From Acidobacteriota bacterium (GTDB lineage: Bacteria > Acidobacteriota > UBA6911 > RPQK01 > JAJDTT01): a stretch of DNA of 64,000 bases. Positions within the stretch are counted from its first letter, which is position 1. Each line of letters opens with the position of its first letter. A program made the translations under genes and the position numbers. The stretch lies in assembly GCA_965209055.1 (NCBI GenBank), contig OZ242374.1, positions 4,928,001 through 4,992,000 of the forward strand. Direction: 5' to 3'. A model generated the notes under the pieces. The model made no database searches. It was not told where the DNA came from and worked only from the letters and a program-made list of their open reading frames with translations. Positions 39,351-49,898 of this stretch are shown piece after piece.

Positions 39351-40574
39351 TCAACGGAGCCGGACGGCCGCCGGGTCTCGACTCTCGCCAGCCAGGTAGT
39401 CCGACCAGTCGTCCATGAGCCGGCGCCGGCGCTCGAACAGGTCCGTGCGCCGGTAGGCCGCCTCGATCGGGTTGCGCACCTTGTGCGCCAAAGCCGCCTC
39501 CGCCACCTCGCGCGGATGATCCGTCTCCTCCGCCGCCCAGTCCCGGAAACTCGACCGGAACCCGTGCGGTACCGCCGCGATCCTCAACCTCCGGAGCAGC
39601 TCCGCCATCGCCGTGTTCCCGACTGGCTTTCCGCCCACGCTCGGAAACACGAGGGGTCCGATGCCACCGAGGGCCCGCGCCTCCTCCAGGATCTCCAACG
39701 CTCGCCGGGACAACGGGACCCGGTGCTCCCGATTCCCCTTCGTACGCCGGGCCGGGATGGTCCACACCCCCTCCTCCCGGTCGATCTCCGTCCACGCGGC
39801 CCTGCGGACCTCGCCGGAGCGTGTCGCCGTCAACACCAGAAACTCGAAGGCCAGCTTCAACACCGGCCGTGCGTTGGCCCCCTGCACCGACTGGAGCGCG
39901 GCCGCCACCTTCCGGTGGGGCAACGCCCGCATGTGACGCACCACCTTTCCCTGCGCACCGAGCACCGGGCCGATCCGGTCACAGGGGTTGTCGGGCCGAA
40001 GATCCATCGCCACGGCCCACTTCAGGACCGCGCGGATGCGCTGGCGCAGCTTCCGGGCGGTGGAGGCCTTCTCGTGCCAGATCGGAGCGAGAATTCCGAT
40101 CACGTCGGCGCTCGTCACTTCCGCAATCGGCATCTCACCGATGCGGGGGAAGGCGTGGTGCTCCAGGCTCCCCAGCCAGAGCCGCGCATGCCGGGCGGAG
40201 CGCCAGCCCGGTCGCAACTGCTTCCAGACCGTCCGGGTGGCGTCAGCGAAGGTGGGCATCGCCACGGACTCCCGCTTCCCGGCCCGGGGGTCGCCTCCCT
40301 CACGGGCCAGCTTGCGGTTGGCGAACGCCTTCTCGCGCGCTTCCTTGAGCGAGACGAGGGGGAATCCACCGAGTCCGAGCTCGGCTCGGCGGCCACGGAT
40401 GGTGAGGCGTTGAATCCAGCCCCGACTGCCCGTGGGCCGGACGTCGAGATAAAGCCCCTGGCCGTCGCAGTAGCGTCCGGCCTGGTTCACGTTGCGGACG
40501 AAGACCGGGGTCAGGGCGTTGAGGGGATGCCGGCCGCGCGGCTTGCGTTTCGGGGGACGTTTCACAAGCGTCAT
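39351..40574 (-). CDS. P4-like tyrosine integrase with arm-binding domain
   Basis: N-terminal GRYCDGQGLYLDV..W..R..GLG.FP.VSLKEAR arm-binding domain. Catalytic residues in TATRSGE, TK, HGFR, LAH and AAY are all present. Confidence 0.95.
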   Translation of the reverse strand: MTLVKRPPKRKPRGRHPLNALTPVFVRNVNQAGRYCDGQGLYLDVRPTGSRGWIQRLTIRGRRAELGLGGFPLVSLKEAREKAFANRKLAREGGDPRAGKRESVAMPTFADATRTVWKQLRPGWRSARHARLWLGSLEHHAFPRIGEMPIAEVTSADVIGILAPIWHEKASTARKLRQRIRAVLKWAVAMDLRPDNPCDRIGPVLGAQGKVVRHMRALPHRKVAAALQSVQGANARPVLKLAFEFLVLTATRSGEVRRAAWTEIDREEGVWTIPARRTKGNREHRVPLSRRALEILEEARALGGIGPLVFPSVGGKPVGNTAMAELLRRLRIAAVPHGFRSSFRDWAAEETDHPREVAEAALAHKVRNPIEAAYRRTDLFERRRRLMDDWSDYLAGESRDPAAVRLR

Positions 40575-40735
40575 ACCCACCACTATACCCCCACAATATC
40601 GTGGATGCAAGAGGATGGAGCGGATCGTTATGGGACACTGGAGAACGTCAGAAATCCTGATAAATCAATGAAAAACAGACACTTATGCAAAATATTGGAC
40701 ATATCTGGACGCTATGCCCATCCAACAAACTACAG

Positions 40736-40852
40736 CCCGGCGGACTGCGTTGCGATTCGGGCACATACTCCCGGTATGCACCCGAATCGCGCCTTGTCCG
40801 GCGGGCGCAGGAACGGTCTCGGTGCTCGCGGGACTTTCGCCACGGACTGTTA
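40736..40852. repeat. Right half of the split palindromic MITE-like element, starting with the attR-like core
   Basis: CCCGGCGGACTG, then hairpin GCGATTCGGG-cacatactcccggtatgca-CCCGAATCGC, then terminal GACTTTCGCCACGGACTGTTA (40832-40852). Confidence 0.8.
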
Positions 40853-40978
40853 AACATCGCCGGGGCACGGGAAGTTCTCCGGGGACGGCAATGGTCGCCG
40901 ATCCGCGCCCTATGGTACGCTCGGCTGCCTGCGGTCCGGGATCGGCTTCGGTTGGCCACCACCTGCTCCTGACGAGTC

Positions 40979-43243
40979 ATGAACCCGATTCAAGCTCCCG
41001 TCACCAAGGATCTGGTTCTGGTCGGCGGCGGTCACAGCCACGTGGGAGTCCTGAAGGGCTTCGGCGCAAAGCCCATGCCGGGCGTTCGCCTGACCCTCGT
41101 CACCCGGGACGTCCACACCCCGTACTCCGGCATGCTTCCGGGCCTGATCGCCGGTCACTACGAATACGACGAGACGCACATCGACCTGGGGCCTCTCTCC
41201 CAGTTTGCGGGCGCCCGCCTCTACCATGATGAGGCCGTCGGCCTGGACCTGGATTCCAAAAGGATTCTGTGCCGGTCCCGGCCGCCCGTGCCCTACGATC
41301 TGATCTCCATCAATATCGGCTCCACTCCCACTCTCGACCCGGTTCCGGGAGCCGCCGAATCGGTGGTTCCGGTCAAGCCCATCGGCAACTTTCTCCACCG
41401 CTGGACCGAGGTCAGGCAACGCGTCCTGGCCAGACCCGGAAGAACCCGCATCGGCGTGGTCGGAGCCGGAGCCGGCGGCGTCGAGCTCCTGTTGTCGGTC
41501 CGCCATGCGCTGGAGACATTGCGCCGGGAATCGGGCCGGCCCCTCCGGCCTCCGGAGTTCCATCTTTTCTTCGAGTCCGGCACCATCCTTCCCACCCACA
41601 ATCAGTGGGTCCGGTCCAAGTTTCAGCGCGTGCTCAGCCGTCGTGGCATCCGGCTCCACCCGGGATTGAGGGTCGTCCGGGTCCGGGGCCGAACCCTGGC
41701 GTTGGAGGACGGGTCCAGCCATGAACTGGATGAGATTCTATGGGTCACACAGGCTTCGGCCCCCGATTGGCTGCGGGAGTCGAAGCTGGAGGTGGACTCC
41801 CGGGGATTCGTGAAAGTCGAAGCCACCCTGGAGTCGACCTCCCATCCGGGAGTCTTCGCCGCGGGAGACGTGGCCGCCGTGGCTTCCCATCCCCGGGAGA
41901 AGGCGGGGGTCTTCGCCGTCCGCCAGGGCAAGCCGCTCGAACGGAATCTCCGGCGGTCCCTGGAGGGACTTCCTCCGAAACCGTTTCATCCCCAGCGGAA
42001 ATTCCTGAGCCTGATCAGCACCGGGGACCGGCGGGCCGTGGCCTCCCGAGGCTCCTGGTCCATGGAGGGGCGTTGGGTCTGGCATTGGAAGGACCGGATC
42101 GACCGGCGATTCATGGCGCGCTTCAACGATCTCCCGGAGATTCAAGCCGCGCCGGCCGTTTCCCCTGGGAGAGGGACCATGAAGACGCCGGCGGCCCCGG
42201 CTGGGGCTCGCCTGATGCGTTGCCGGGGATGCGGATCCAAGGTGGGGGCCGCCGTCCTGGAACGGGTGCTGGGCCGGATCGATCCGGGAAACCTCCCGGA
42301 TGTGGTGCTGGGACTGGAGGCCGGAGAGGACGCGGCTGCGCTGTCGGTCCCGCCGGGACAGACGCTGCTCCAGTCGGTCGACATGTTTCCGGCGATCGTC
42401 GACGATCCTTTTGTCTTCGGCCAGATTGCCGCCAACCACTGTCTGAGCGACATCTTCGCCATGGGCGGCCGGCCCCGGACTGCACTGGCCATCGCTACGC
42501 TGGTCCTGGCTTCCGAAGGCAAAATGGAAGTGACATTGGAGGAGTTGCTGCAAGGCGCGAGACGGGTCCTGCACCGGGCCGGAGCCGAGTTGGTGGGAGG
42601 CCACACCCTGGAGGGCCCCGAGTTGGCCTTGGGATTGGCCGTCTCGGGCCTCGCCGATTCCGGCCGGCTCCTGCGCAAAGGGGCGATGGCGCCCGGAGAC
42701 CGCCTCATCCTGACCAAGCCCCTGGGGACCGGCGCCCTTTTTGCCGCTCAAATGCGGCTGAAGGCCAAGGGCCGCTGGATTCAGGGAGCTCAGGAGTCCA
42801 TGCTGCGGTCCAATCAGCAAGCCGCAGAGAGCTTTCTCCGGCACGCGGTCCATGCCTGCACCGATGTGAGTGGATTCGGTCTCCTGGGGCACCTGTTCGA
42901 AATGGTCCGGGATTCGAACGTCCAGGTCAGGATCTCACTGCCCGCCGTCCCCCTTCTGGAAGGGGCCATCGAGACCGCCGGCGCCGGAATCCACAGCTCG
43001 CTCCATCCTCAAAACCTCCGATTGCAGCAAACGGTTCGGAACCCTAGACTGGCGTCGACAGCACCGGCCTTCCCGCTGTTGTGCGATCCCCAGACCGCGG
43101 GAGGATTGTTGGCCAGCGTGCCTGGCCAACGCGCGGAAACCTGTGTCGAAGAGCTGCGGGCGGGGGGCGACCCCGAGGCAGCTATCATTGGCGCCGTGGA
43201 AGCGAAGGAGGGTGGGCGCGAACCCATCATCATCGACCTCTGA
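40979..43243 (+). CDS. selD: Selenide, water dikinase fused to an N-terminal FAD/NAD oxidoreductase domain
   Basis: N-terminal VLVGGGHSH..YSGMLPG..FAAGD; C-terminal MRCRGCGSKVG, LSDIFAMGG, GGHT, LTKPLGTG, TDVSGFGLLGHL and DPQTAGGLL. Confidence 0.92.
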   Translation: MNPIQAPVTKDLVLVGGGHSHVGVLKGFGAKPMPGVRLTLVTRDVHTPYSGMLPGLIAGHYEYDETHIDLGPLSQFAGARLYHDEAVGLDLDSKRILCRSRPPVPYDLISINIGSTPTLDPVPGAAESVVPVKPIGNFLHRWTEVRQRVLARPGRTRIGVVGAGAGGVELLLSVRHALETLRRESGRPLRPPEFHLFFESGTILPTHNQWVRSKFQRVLSRRGIRLHPGLRVVRVRGRTLALEDGSSHELDEILWVTQASAPDWLRESKLEVDSRGFVKVEATLESTSHPGVFAAGDVAAVASHPREKAGVFAVRQGKPLERNLRRSLEGLPPKPFHPQRKFLSLISTGDRRAVASRGSWSMEGRWVWHWKDRIDRRFMARFNDLPEIQAAPAVSPGRGTMKTPAAPAGARLMRCRGCGSKVGAAVLERVLGRIDPGNLPDVVLGLEAGEDAAALSVPPGQTLLQSVDMFPAIVDDPFVFGQIAANHCLSDIFAMGGRPRTALAIATLVLASEGKMEVTLEELLQGARRVLHRAGAELVGGHTLEGPELALGLAVSGLADSGRLLRKGAMAPGDRLILTKPLGTGALFAAQMRLKAKGRWIQGAQESMLRSNQQAAESFLRHAVHACTDVSGFGLLGHLFEMVRDSNVQVRISLPAVPLLEGAIETAGAGIHSSLHPQNLRLQQTVRNPRLASTAPAFPLLCDPQTAGGLLASVPGQRAETCVEELRAGGDPEAAIIGAVEAKEGGREPIIIDL

Positions 43244-43287
43244 ACGGCCCCGGCAGCCGTAAACCTCATCCTGGAGAAGCAAGAAAG

Positions 43288-43758
43288 ATGATCGAAATCG
43301 GAAAACCAGCCCCTGACTTCAGCCTCAAGAACCAAGCGGACCAGGACGTCCGCCTCAGTGACTTCGACGGCCAGTGGGTCGTCCTCTACTTCTATCCCAG
43401 GGACAACACGCCCGGCTGCACCGTCGAGGCCTGTGAATTCACCGAAGGCGTGGAGGAATTCGCGGCACTCGATGCCGTGGTCCTGGGTTGCAGCCCCGAC
43501 ACCACCCGCAAGCATCGCAATTTCATCGACAAGTTCGACCTGAAGATTTCCCTCCTTTCGGATCCCGATCACGAGGTCATGGAGGAATACCAGGCCTGGG
43601 GCGAAAAGAAGATGTACGGCAGGACATTCATGGGCGTGAAACGCTCCACCGTGATCATCGATCCGTCCGGCAACGTGGCTCACCACTGGCGCAGTGTCAG
43701 AGCCAAGGGACACGCCGGGAAGGTGCGGGACAAGCTGGAGACTCTGAGATCCGCCTGA
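43288..43758 (+). CDS. bcp: Thioredoxin-dependent peroxiredoxin (BCP)
   Basis: LYFYPRDNTPGCTVEAC; KKMYG..GVKRST. Confidence 0.93.
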   Translation: MIEIGKPAPDFSLKNQADQDVRLSDFDGQWVVLYFYPRDNTPGCTVEACEFTEGVEEFAALDAVVLGCSPDTTRKHRNFIDKFDLKISLLSDPDHEVMEEYQAWGEKKMYGRTFMGVKRSTVIIDPSGNVAHHWRSVRAKGHAGKVRDKLETLRSA

Positions 43759-43939
43759 GGCCTCGCCGAGGCCCTGGATTCGCCTCGACGGACGACTCCG
43801 GAATCCGACCAACTGGGAGCTCCCCCACCGGCCCGGTCCGGCGGACGGGAGCGGGAGCGGCGATTTCCTAACCGCCGAACTCGAGAGTGACAACTTTGGC
43901 GACGATGACTGGGCGATTGGAAATCGTCCCCCCTTTTTC

Positions 43940-44530
43940 TCAGAGGGAGCGAGCCGCCTCGTATCGGCTGATCTTGTCCTCGTGGCGGAGGGTGAGTCCG
44001 ATCTCGTCGAGCCCCTCCAACAGGCAGTGCCGGCGGAACGGCTCCACCGGGAACTCCAGTCTCAGACCCAGGCCATCCCGGAGGGTGCAGCTCTCCAGGT
44101 CCACCGTCAGGGTGTAGTCCGGGTTTTCCCGGACGCGCCGGAAGAGGTCCCTCACCTGCCGCCCGGGGAGCCTGATGGGCAGCATCCCGTTCTTGAAGCA
44201 GTTGTTGTAGAAGATGTCGGCGAACGAGGGCGCGATTACGGTCCGGAATCCGTAGTCCAGCAACGCCCAGGGGGCATGTTCCCGGGAGGACCCGCAGCCG
44301 AAATTGCTGCCCGTCAACAACACGGTGGCGCCACGGAAATGGGACTGATTCAACTCGAAACGGGGGTCGAGGCTCCCGTCTTCGAGGAACCTCCAGTCAT
44401 GGAAGAGAAACCGGCCGAACCCGCTTCGCTCGATCCGCTTCAGGAACTGCTTGGGAATGATCTGGTCGGTATCCACGTTGGCCCGATCCAGGGTGGCCAC
44501 CTTGCCCGTTTCCCGCCGGTAGGGTTCCAT
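43940..44530 (-). CDS. leuD: 3-isopropylmalate dehydratase small subunit
   Basis: [28 protein letters not shown] and SFADIFYNN motifs. Confidence 0.97.
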   Translation of the reverse strand: MEPYRRETGKVATLDRANVDTDQIIPKQFLKRIERSGFGRFLFHDWRFLEDGSLDPRFELNQSHFRGATVLLTGSNFGCGSSREHAPWALLDYGFRTVIAPSFADIFYNNCFKNGMLPIRLPGRQVRDLFRRVRENPDYTLTVDLESCTLRDGLGLRLEFPVEPFRRHCLLEGLDEIGLTLRHEDKISRYEAARSL

Positions 44531-44540
44531 AGCGATTGCC

Positions 44541-45941
44541 TCAGAGCCAGTCTCGAATATCCACGAACCTTCCCTGGATCGCCGCCGCCGCCGCCATGGC
44601 GGGACTCACCAAGTGGGTCCGTCCGCCTTTCCCCTGACGGCCCTCGAAATTCCGGTTAGAGGTGGAAGCGCAGCGCTGTCCGGGCTGAAGGACGTCGGGG
44701 TTCATGCCCAGGCACATGCTGCAACCCGACTCCCGCCAGTCGAACCCTGCCTCGATGAAGATCCGATCCAGTCCTTCCGCTTCGGCCTGTCCCTTCACTC
44801 GCTGGGAACCGGGAACCACCATGGCATAGACCTGCTCGTCCACCTTCCGTCCCCGGGCGATGCGGGCGGCGCTGCGCAGGTCCTCGATTCGGGAATTGGT
44901 GCAGGATCCGATGAAAACCCGGTCCACGCGAACTCTCTGCACCGGAGTTCCCGGATCCAGATCCATGTAGTCCAGGGCTCTCCGTCCCGACTCCCGGTCC
45001 GCTTCTTCGTCAAAGGCTTCCGGATCGGGAACCACGCCCGTCACATCCACCACCATTGCAGGATTGGTTCCCCAACTCACCTGGGGCGCCAGGGAATCCA
45101 CGTCCAGGTCCACGTCCCGGTGGAATTCGGCCTGGGGATCGCTGGGGAGGAGCCGCCACCGGTCCACCGCCTCCTGGTAGTCCCTTCCCCGTGGGACGAA
45201 TGGGCGTCCCTCCAGATACTCGTAGGTGGTTTCGTCGGGCGCTACCATTCCGGCCCGGGCCCCCGCCTCAATGGACATGTTGCACAGCGTCATCCGCTCC
45301 TCCATGGAGAAGCCTTCGACCGCCGGCCCGGCGTACTCGATGACATGTCCCACTGCGCCATCCGTCCCCATGGTGCGAATCATGTAGAGAATCACGTCCT
45401 TGGCGGTCACGCCGGCAGAGAGCCTGCCGGAAAAGTGGACCCGCATGGTCCGCGGCCGGCTCTGGATCAGACACTGGGTGGCCAGTACGTGCTCCACCTC
45501 GCTGGTGCCGATTCCGAAGGCCAAGGCTCCGAAGGCGCCATGGGTCGACGTGTGGCTGTCGCCGCAAACCATGGTCAGCCCCGGACGAGTCAGGCCCAGC
45601 TCCGGCCCGATCACGTGCACGATGCCCTGATTCCGGCTGTCCAGATCGTAGAGGGTGACCCCGAACTCCCGGCAATTCCGGCGAAGCGTCTCCACCTGCT
45701 TTCTGGCGATGAGGTCGGCAATGGGCAACTTCTGATCGACGGTGGGGATGTTGTGATCCACCGTTGCCGTCGTCAGGCCGGGACGCCTGACCCCTCGTCC
45801 CGCCTGACGCAGGCCTTCGAAGGCCTGGGGCGAAGTGACCTCGTGCACCAGGTGGCGATCGATGTAGAGGAGGTCCGGCCGCCCGGATTCCTGGTGAACC
45901 ACGTGATCGTCCCAAATCTTCGCGAAGAGGGTCTTGGGCAT
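44541..45941 (-). CDS. leuC: 3-isopropylmalate dehydratase large subunit
   Basis: [39 protein letters not shown] and [12 protein letters not shown] motifs. Confidence 0.97.
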   Translation of the reverse strand: MPKTLFAKIWDDHVVHQESGRPDLLYIDRHLVHEVTSPQAFEGLRQAGRGVRRPGLTTATVDHNIPTVDQKLPIADLIARKQVETLRRNCREFGVTLYDLDSRNQGIVHVIGPELGLTRPGLTMVCGDSHTSTHGAFGALAFGIGTSEVEHVLATQCLIQSRPRTMRVHFSGRLSAGVTAKDVILYMIRTMGTDGAVGHVIEYAGPAVEGFSMEERMTLCNMSIEAGARAGMVAPDETTYEYLEGRPFVPRGRDYQEAVDRWRLLPSDPQAEFHRDVDLDVDSLAPQVSWGTNPAMVVDVTGVVPDPEAFDEEADRESGRRALDYMDLDPGTPVQRVRVDRVFIGSCTNSRIEDLRSAARIARGRKVDEQVYAMVVPGSQRVKGQAEAEGLDRIFIEAGFDWRESGCSMCLGMNPDVLQPGQRCASTSNRNFEGRQGKGGRTHLVSPAMAAAAAIQGRFVDIRDWL

Positions 45942-46052
45942 GTCTATGAGTTGTTCCCCTGGCTGGTTGAGGACTGCTCAGCCGGGCAGTCCAAGATGGT
46001 GCTCCGCCGGCCCCGGATGGGTGCCGCAAAGGGGCCGGCCCGCCGGGACCCG

Positions 46053-47600
46053 TCAGGCCGAGGCGCTGCGCGGCGCCTCCCTCTCCAACCTGCCGGCTTC
46101 GTACAGAGCCTTGTTGACGGCGTTCAGATAAGCGCGGGCGCTGGCATCGATGACATCGACGCTGGCGGCCTTCCCCGTGTATCCGATTCCGCCGAACCTG
46201 GTTCGAACAAAGACTTCACCCAGGGCGTCCTTGCCCCGGCTCACGGCGCTGACGTTGTAATCCAGCAGCCGGCCGGAGATCCCCGTAATCTGGTCGATGG
46301 CCTTGTAGATGGCATCGATGGGGCCGTCGCCGTGGGCGGTGGCGACGAACTCGTCGTCACCCTGCTGGAGCTGGACCACAGCCGATGCCAGTTGCTGGTT
46401 CCCGCCCTGCGCATGAACGTACTTGAGCTTGTAGGTGTCCGGAATCGTCTTGATTCCGTCCTGGATGATGGTGATCAGATCTTCGTCGAAGATCTCCTTC
46501 TTCTGATCCGCCAACTTGGTAAAAAAGAAATAGGCTCGGTGCAATTCGTCGCGGGAGAGTTCGTAGCCCAGATCCTGGTACTTCCGAAGGAGGGCGTGGC
46601 GTCCGCTGTGCTTGCCCAGCACCAGCGAACTGCTCTTGAGACCCACCGACTGGGGAGTCATGATCTCGTAGGTCTGGGCATTCTTGAGCATCCCGTCCTG
46701 GTGGATTCCCGCCTCGTGCGCGAAGGCGTTCTTGCCCACGATGGCCTTGTTGGCCTGGACGAAGCTTCCGGTCAAGTTCACCACCATGCGGCTCGCCGCG
46801 TAGAGCTCCTCCGAAACGATGTCGGTGTAGAAGGGCAGGATGCTGCCGCGGGTCCGCAGCATCATGACGATCTCTTCCAGTGAGGCGTTCCCCGCCCGTT
46901 CGCCGATGCCGTTGATGGTGCATTCCACCTGGCGGCAACCGCGCTCCAACGCGGTCAGCGTATTGGCCACGGCCAGCCCCAGATCGTTGTGGCAGTGGGT
47001 GCTGAAAATCGCGTGCTCATGGTGGGAGAGGCGGGAGCGGAGGATCTGGATCAAAGCCCCGTACTCACCGGGAACGGAATAGCCCACCGTGTCGGGGATG
47101 TTGACCGTCGTGGCGCCCGCTTCCAGGACAGCGTCGAACACCTCCACCAGGTAGTCGATGTCGCTCCTGGTGGCGTCCTCGGCGGAGAACTCAACGTCCT
47201 CACAAAGGTCCCGGGCAATCTTGACGGCCTCCACCGAGGCCTCCAGCACTTCGGTCCGGGATCTTCTGAGCTTGTGTTTCAGGTGGATGTCCGAAGTGGC
47301 GATGAAGGTGTGAATCCGGGGTTTGTACGCTCGCTGCAGGGCCTCCCAGGCCCGCTCGATGTCCATTCGATTGGCCCGGCAGAGACCGGCGATGGTGGGC
47401 TCCCGCACCTCGGCGGCAATGGCCTGCACCGCCTCGAAGTCTCCCTGGGAAGCGATGGGGAACCCGGCCTCGATGATGTCCACGTTCAGCCGTTCCAGCT
47501 GACGGGCCATCTTCAGCTTTTCCTGAAGGTTCATGGAGCATCCGGGAGACTGCTCGCCGTCACGCAACGTGGTGTCGAAGATGTAGATTTTTTCCGACAT
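46053..47600 (-). CDS. leuA: 2-isopropylmalate synthase
   Basis: [35 protein letters not shown] and LGKHSGRH motifs; regulatory domain present. Confidence 0.97.
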   Translation of the reverse strand: MSEKIYIFDTTLRDGEQSPGCSMNLQEKLKMARQLERLNVDIIEAGFPIASQGDFEAVQAIAAEVREPTIAGLCRANRMDIERAWEALQRAYKPRIHTFIATSDIHLKHKLRRSRTEVLEASVEAVKIARDLCEDVEFSAEDATRSDIDYLVEVFDAVLEAGATTVNIPDTVGYSVPGEYGALIQILRSRLSHHEHAIFSTHCHNDLGLAVANTLTALERGCRQVECTINGIGERAGNASLEEIVMMLRTRGSILPFYTDIVSEELYAASRMVVNLTGSFVQANKAIVGKNAFAHEAGIHQDGMLKNAQTYEIMTPQSVGLKSSSLVLGKHSGRHALLRKYQDLGYELSRDELHRAYFFFTKLADQKKEIFDEDLITIIQDGIKTIPDTYKLKYVHAQGGNQQLASAVVQLQQGDDEFVATAHGDGPIDAIYKAIDQITGISGRLLDYNVSAVSRGKDALGEVFVRTRFGGIGYTGKAASVDVIDASARAYLNAVNKALYEAGRLEREAPRSASA

Positions 47601-47643
47601 GGGCCCCTTCCCAGAGTTGGACTCAACCGAAAAATAGCCTTAA

Positions 47644-47673
47644 ACAGTAGCAGGACTGATCCTTCCAGGTCAA
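47644..47673 (-). promoter_or_regulatory. Putative sigma70 promoter for leuA
   Basis: Minus strand TTGACC-N18-TACTGT with an extended -10 TG, about 45 bp upstream of the leuA ATG. Confidence 0.5.
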
Positions 47674-47697
47674 TTTTCGCCGCCGGAGGGAGCGCCT

Positions 47698-48813
47698 TCA
47701 GATCACCCGCTGCACGAACCAGAACCCCCCCAGACCCAGCATCAGGGCGGATGCCAGATTGATGGCGACCGGGTGCCAGCGCCGCCGGCTCAGGTAGAGG
47801 ACCGCGGGAAAAAGGAGGAGAAGGATCGCGAGTTGTCCCACCTCCACGCCCAGATTGAACGAGAGGAGGGAGACGGCCAGCCCTGACCTGGGAAGCTGCA
47901 TCTCCCGCAGCACATTGGAAAACCCGAATCCGTGAATCAGTCCGAAGAAGAAGGTGATGACCCAGCGGTACTGCACCTCCCGCACGAACATGTTCTCGAG
48001 AGCGACATAGCAGATGCTCAATGCAATGGCCGCCTCCACGAACCGGGTGGGCAGGATGACCAGGTCCAGTGTGGCCAGAATCAGCGTCAGGCTGTGGGCA
48101 ATCGTGAACGAGGAAACGACACCGACCAGAGACTTCAGGGTGCCTCCCAGAATGATCAGCCCCAACAGAAAAGCCAGATGATCGTAACCGGTGAGGATGT
48201 GCTCCACTCCCAGAACCAGGAAACGGCCCGCCCGGCGGACGAGACCGGCCCATCCCGTCAGCACCTCGATCCTCTCCACCGGCCGGCCGACATCAAGAAC
48301 GTACTGGGTGAGCTCCCCGCCCATGTTGACCTGGCAGAAGGTCTGGTGGCGGTCGTCGGTGAGCTTGTGGAAGGCGGATTCCAGTTGAAGTTCCCCCGGT
48401 GTTTCCTGAAATCGATGGTCCAGGGACAATTCCAACTCCCCCGAGTCCAGGATCCGGAAGTTTTTCACACGGGTGTCTGCCGTCTGCTCTCCGCTCAGCA
48501 TTCGGAAAGTCTCAAGGAGCCGGGACTGGATGTCCTCACGCCGCGCGGAAACCTCCTCATACTCGAGAACCCCGTCGCGGTTCGCATCCAATTCGGGAAG
48601 AAAGTTCAGGTCCAGAATCGAAATACGAATCGTGGACCGCACCTGGGCCGGCTCCACCTGAATCGACCAGTAACCCACCGAGCCCTGGTGTGCGTGAAGC
48701 TGAGACGAGGAAACAACCAGCCAGGCCAGGCAACCCCACCAGCTCAATGCGAGGGGGGACGCACGGATCAACGGGGATTTCCGAGGACAGGCCGCCGAGC
48801 CGGAAGTCGTCAT
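47698..48813 (-). CDS. HupE/UreJ family membrane protein
   Basis: GVEHILTGYDHLAFL, FTIAHSLTL, FGLIHGFGF and FNLGVEVGQ motifs. Confidence 0.9.
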   Translation of the reverse strand: MTTSGSAACPRKSPLIRASPLALSWWGCLAWLVVSSSQLHAHQGSVGYWSIQVEPAQVRSTIRISILDLNFLPELDANRDGVLEYEEVSARREDIQSRLLETFRMLSGEQTADTRVKNFRILDSGELELSLDHRFQETPGELQLESAFHKLTDDRHQTFCQVNMGGELTQYVLDVGRPVERIEVLTGWAGLVRRAGRFLVLGVEHILTGYDHLAFLLGLIILGGTLKSLVGVVSSFTIAHSLTLILATLDLVILPTRFVEAAIALSICYVALENMFVREVQYRWVITFFFGLIHGFGFSNVLREMQLPRSGLAVSLLSFNLGVEVGQLAILLLLFPAVLYLSRRRWHPVAINLASALMLGLGGFWFVQRVI

Positions 48814-49898
48814 CAGGGACGATGGACCCCCGCCCGCTGCAGTTCCTCCTCAACCAATTTCTTGATGCTTTCGTAGGGTTTGGAACCCTTCAGCACCCGG
48901 CCGTTGATGTAAACCGCCGGCGTCCCTGAGACTCCGGCCGCCATTCCGTCCTCCAGATCCTGCTGGACGGTGGCCGCATACTTGCCCGACTCCAGACACT
49001 GGTTGAATGCCTCCGGATCCAGATTCAGTTTCTTGGCTTTGGTCGTCAAGTCCCTGGGCCCCAACTTCTTGATGTCGCCGAAGAGAGCGTCGTGCATCTC
49101 CCAGAACCGGCCCTGATCGAATGCGCACAGGGAAGCCTCCGCCGCCTTCTGAGCGTGCGCATGGATACTTCTCAGGGGAAACTGCCGGAAGACCACCCGG
49201 ACCTTCCCTGGATACTCGCCGGCGATCTTTTTCACGACGGGGGCGAGACGCGCGCAGTAGGGGCACTGAAAGTCGGAAAACTCCACCAGGGTGACCGGCG
49301 CGTCCATCGGTCCCAAAGACGGACTGCTAAGCGTCCGGATCTCCACCCGGTTCGGCTCCAGCAACGACTCGACCTGGCTCGCTGCCTTGAGACGGTCCAC
49401 AAATGCTTGATAGCGCTTCTGGTACCGCTGCCGACTCAGATATCTCCGAATCTCTCCGGACATCTCCTCGAGGGACTTTTTCAGCTTCTTCCGGTTGCTC
49501 TGGTAAAAACCGGCCACCTCCTGATCGGTGGCCGGCTTCATGCCGACGCTCACTTCCAGACGCAGCAACTCCTGCACCGGGAGCGACCGCCGCTTGGCTT
49601 CCTGCTCCAACAGTTTCAGGCCCACCAGCCGATCCAGATTCGACTCGACCGTGTCGTGGACCTTCTGTTTGTGCTTCGCCTCGTACTGTAGACGGGTCAA
49701 GCGGAGTTGCTTCAGGTCGGAGGCAGCGGCCTGGCGGACTTCGTCCTCCGTAACGGCCACTCCGTTGACCCGGGCCAGCACACGGCCCTTTTCCGGCTGG
49801 GCACCCATCGATACCCCAAGGCAACCGGCCAACGCCGTGGCCGCCAGAATAAGAAGGACTCCACCCCGGCGGGTGGTCCGGTGTGATGCGTACTTCAT
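48813..49898 (-). CDS. DsbA-family thioredoxin-fold protein with SurA-like N-terminal domain
   Basis: EFSDFQCPYC, FPL..H and GVSGTP motifs; signal peptide. Confidence 0.9.
   Translation of the reverse strand: MKYASHRTTRRGGVLLILAATALAGCLGVSMGAQPEKGRVLARVNGVAVTEDEVRQAAASDLKQLRLTRLQYEAKHKQKVHDTVESNLDRLVGLKLLEQEAKRRSLPVQELLRLEVSVGMKPATDQEVAGFYQSNRKKLKKSLEEMSGEIRRYLSRQRYQKRYQAFVDRLKAASQVESLLEPNRVEIRTLSSPSLGPMDAPVTLVEFSDFQCPYCARLAPVVKKIAGEYPGKVRVVFRQFPLRSIHAHAQKAAEASLCAFDQGRFWEMHDALFGDIKKLGPRDLTTKAKKLNLDPEAFNQCLESGKYAATVQQDLEDGMAAGVSGTPAVYINGRVLKGSKPYESIKKLVEEELQRAGVHRP

Larger units (their letters stand above)
28955..40747. mobile_element. Tyrosine-integrase genomic island carrying type I R-M plus PrrC
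   Basis: Exact 12-bp direct repeat CCCGGCGGACTG at 28955-28966 and 40736-40747; integrase adjacent to the right end; AT-rich sequence just inside both ends; defence cargo. Confidence 0.85.

Noticed and set aside
42213-42245. Selenocysteine recoding in selD
   Set aside because: The active-site codons are TGC (Cys) and the frame is open without TGA.
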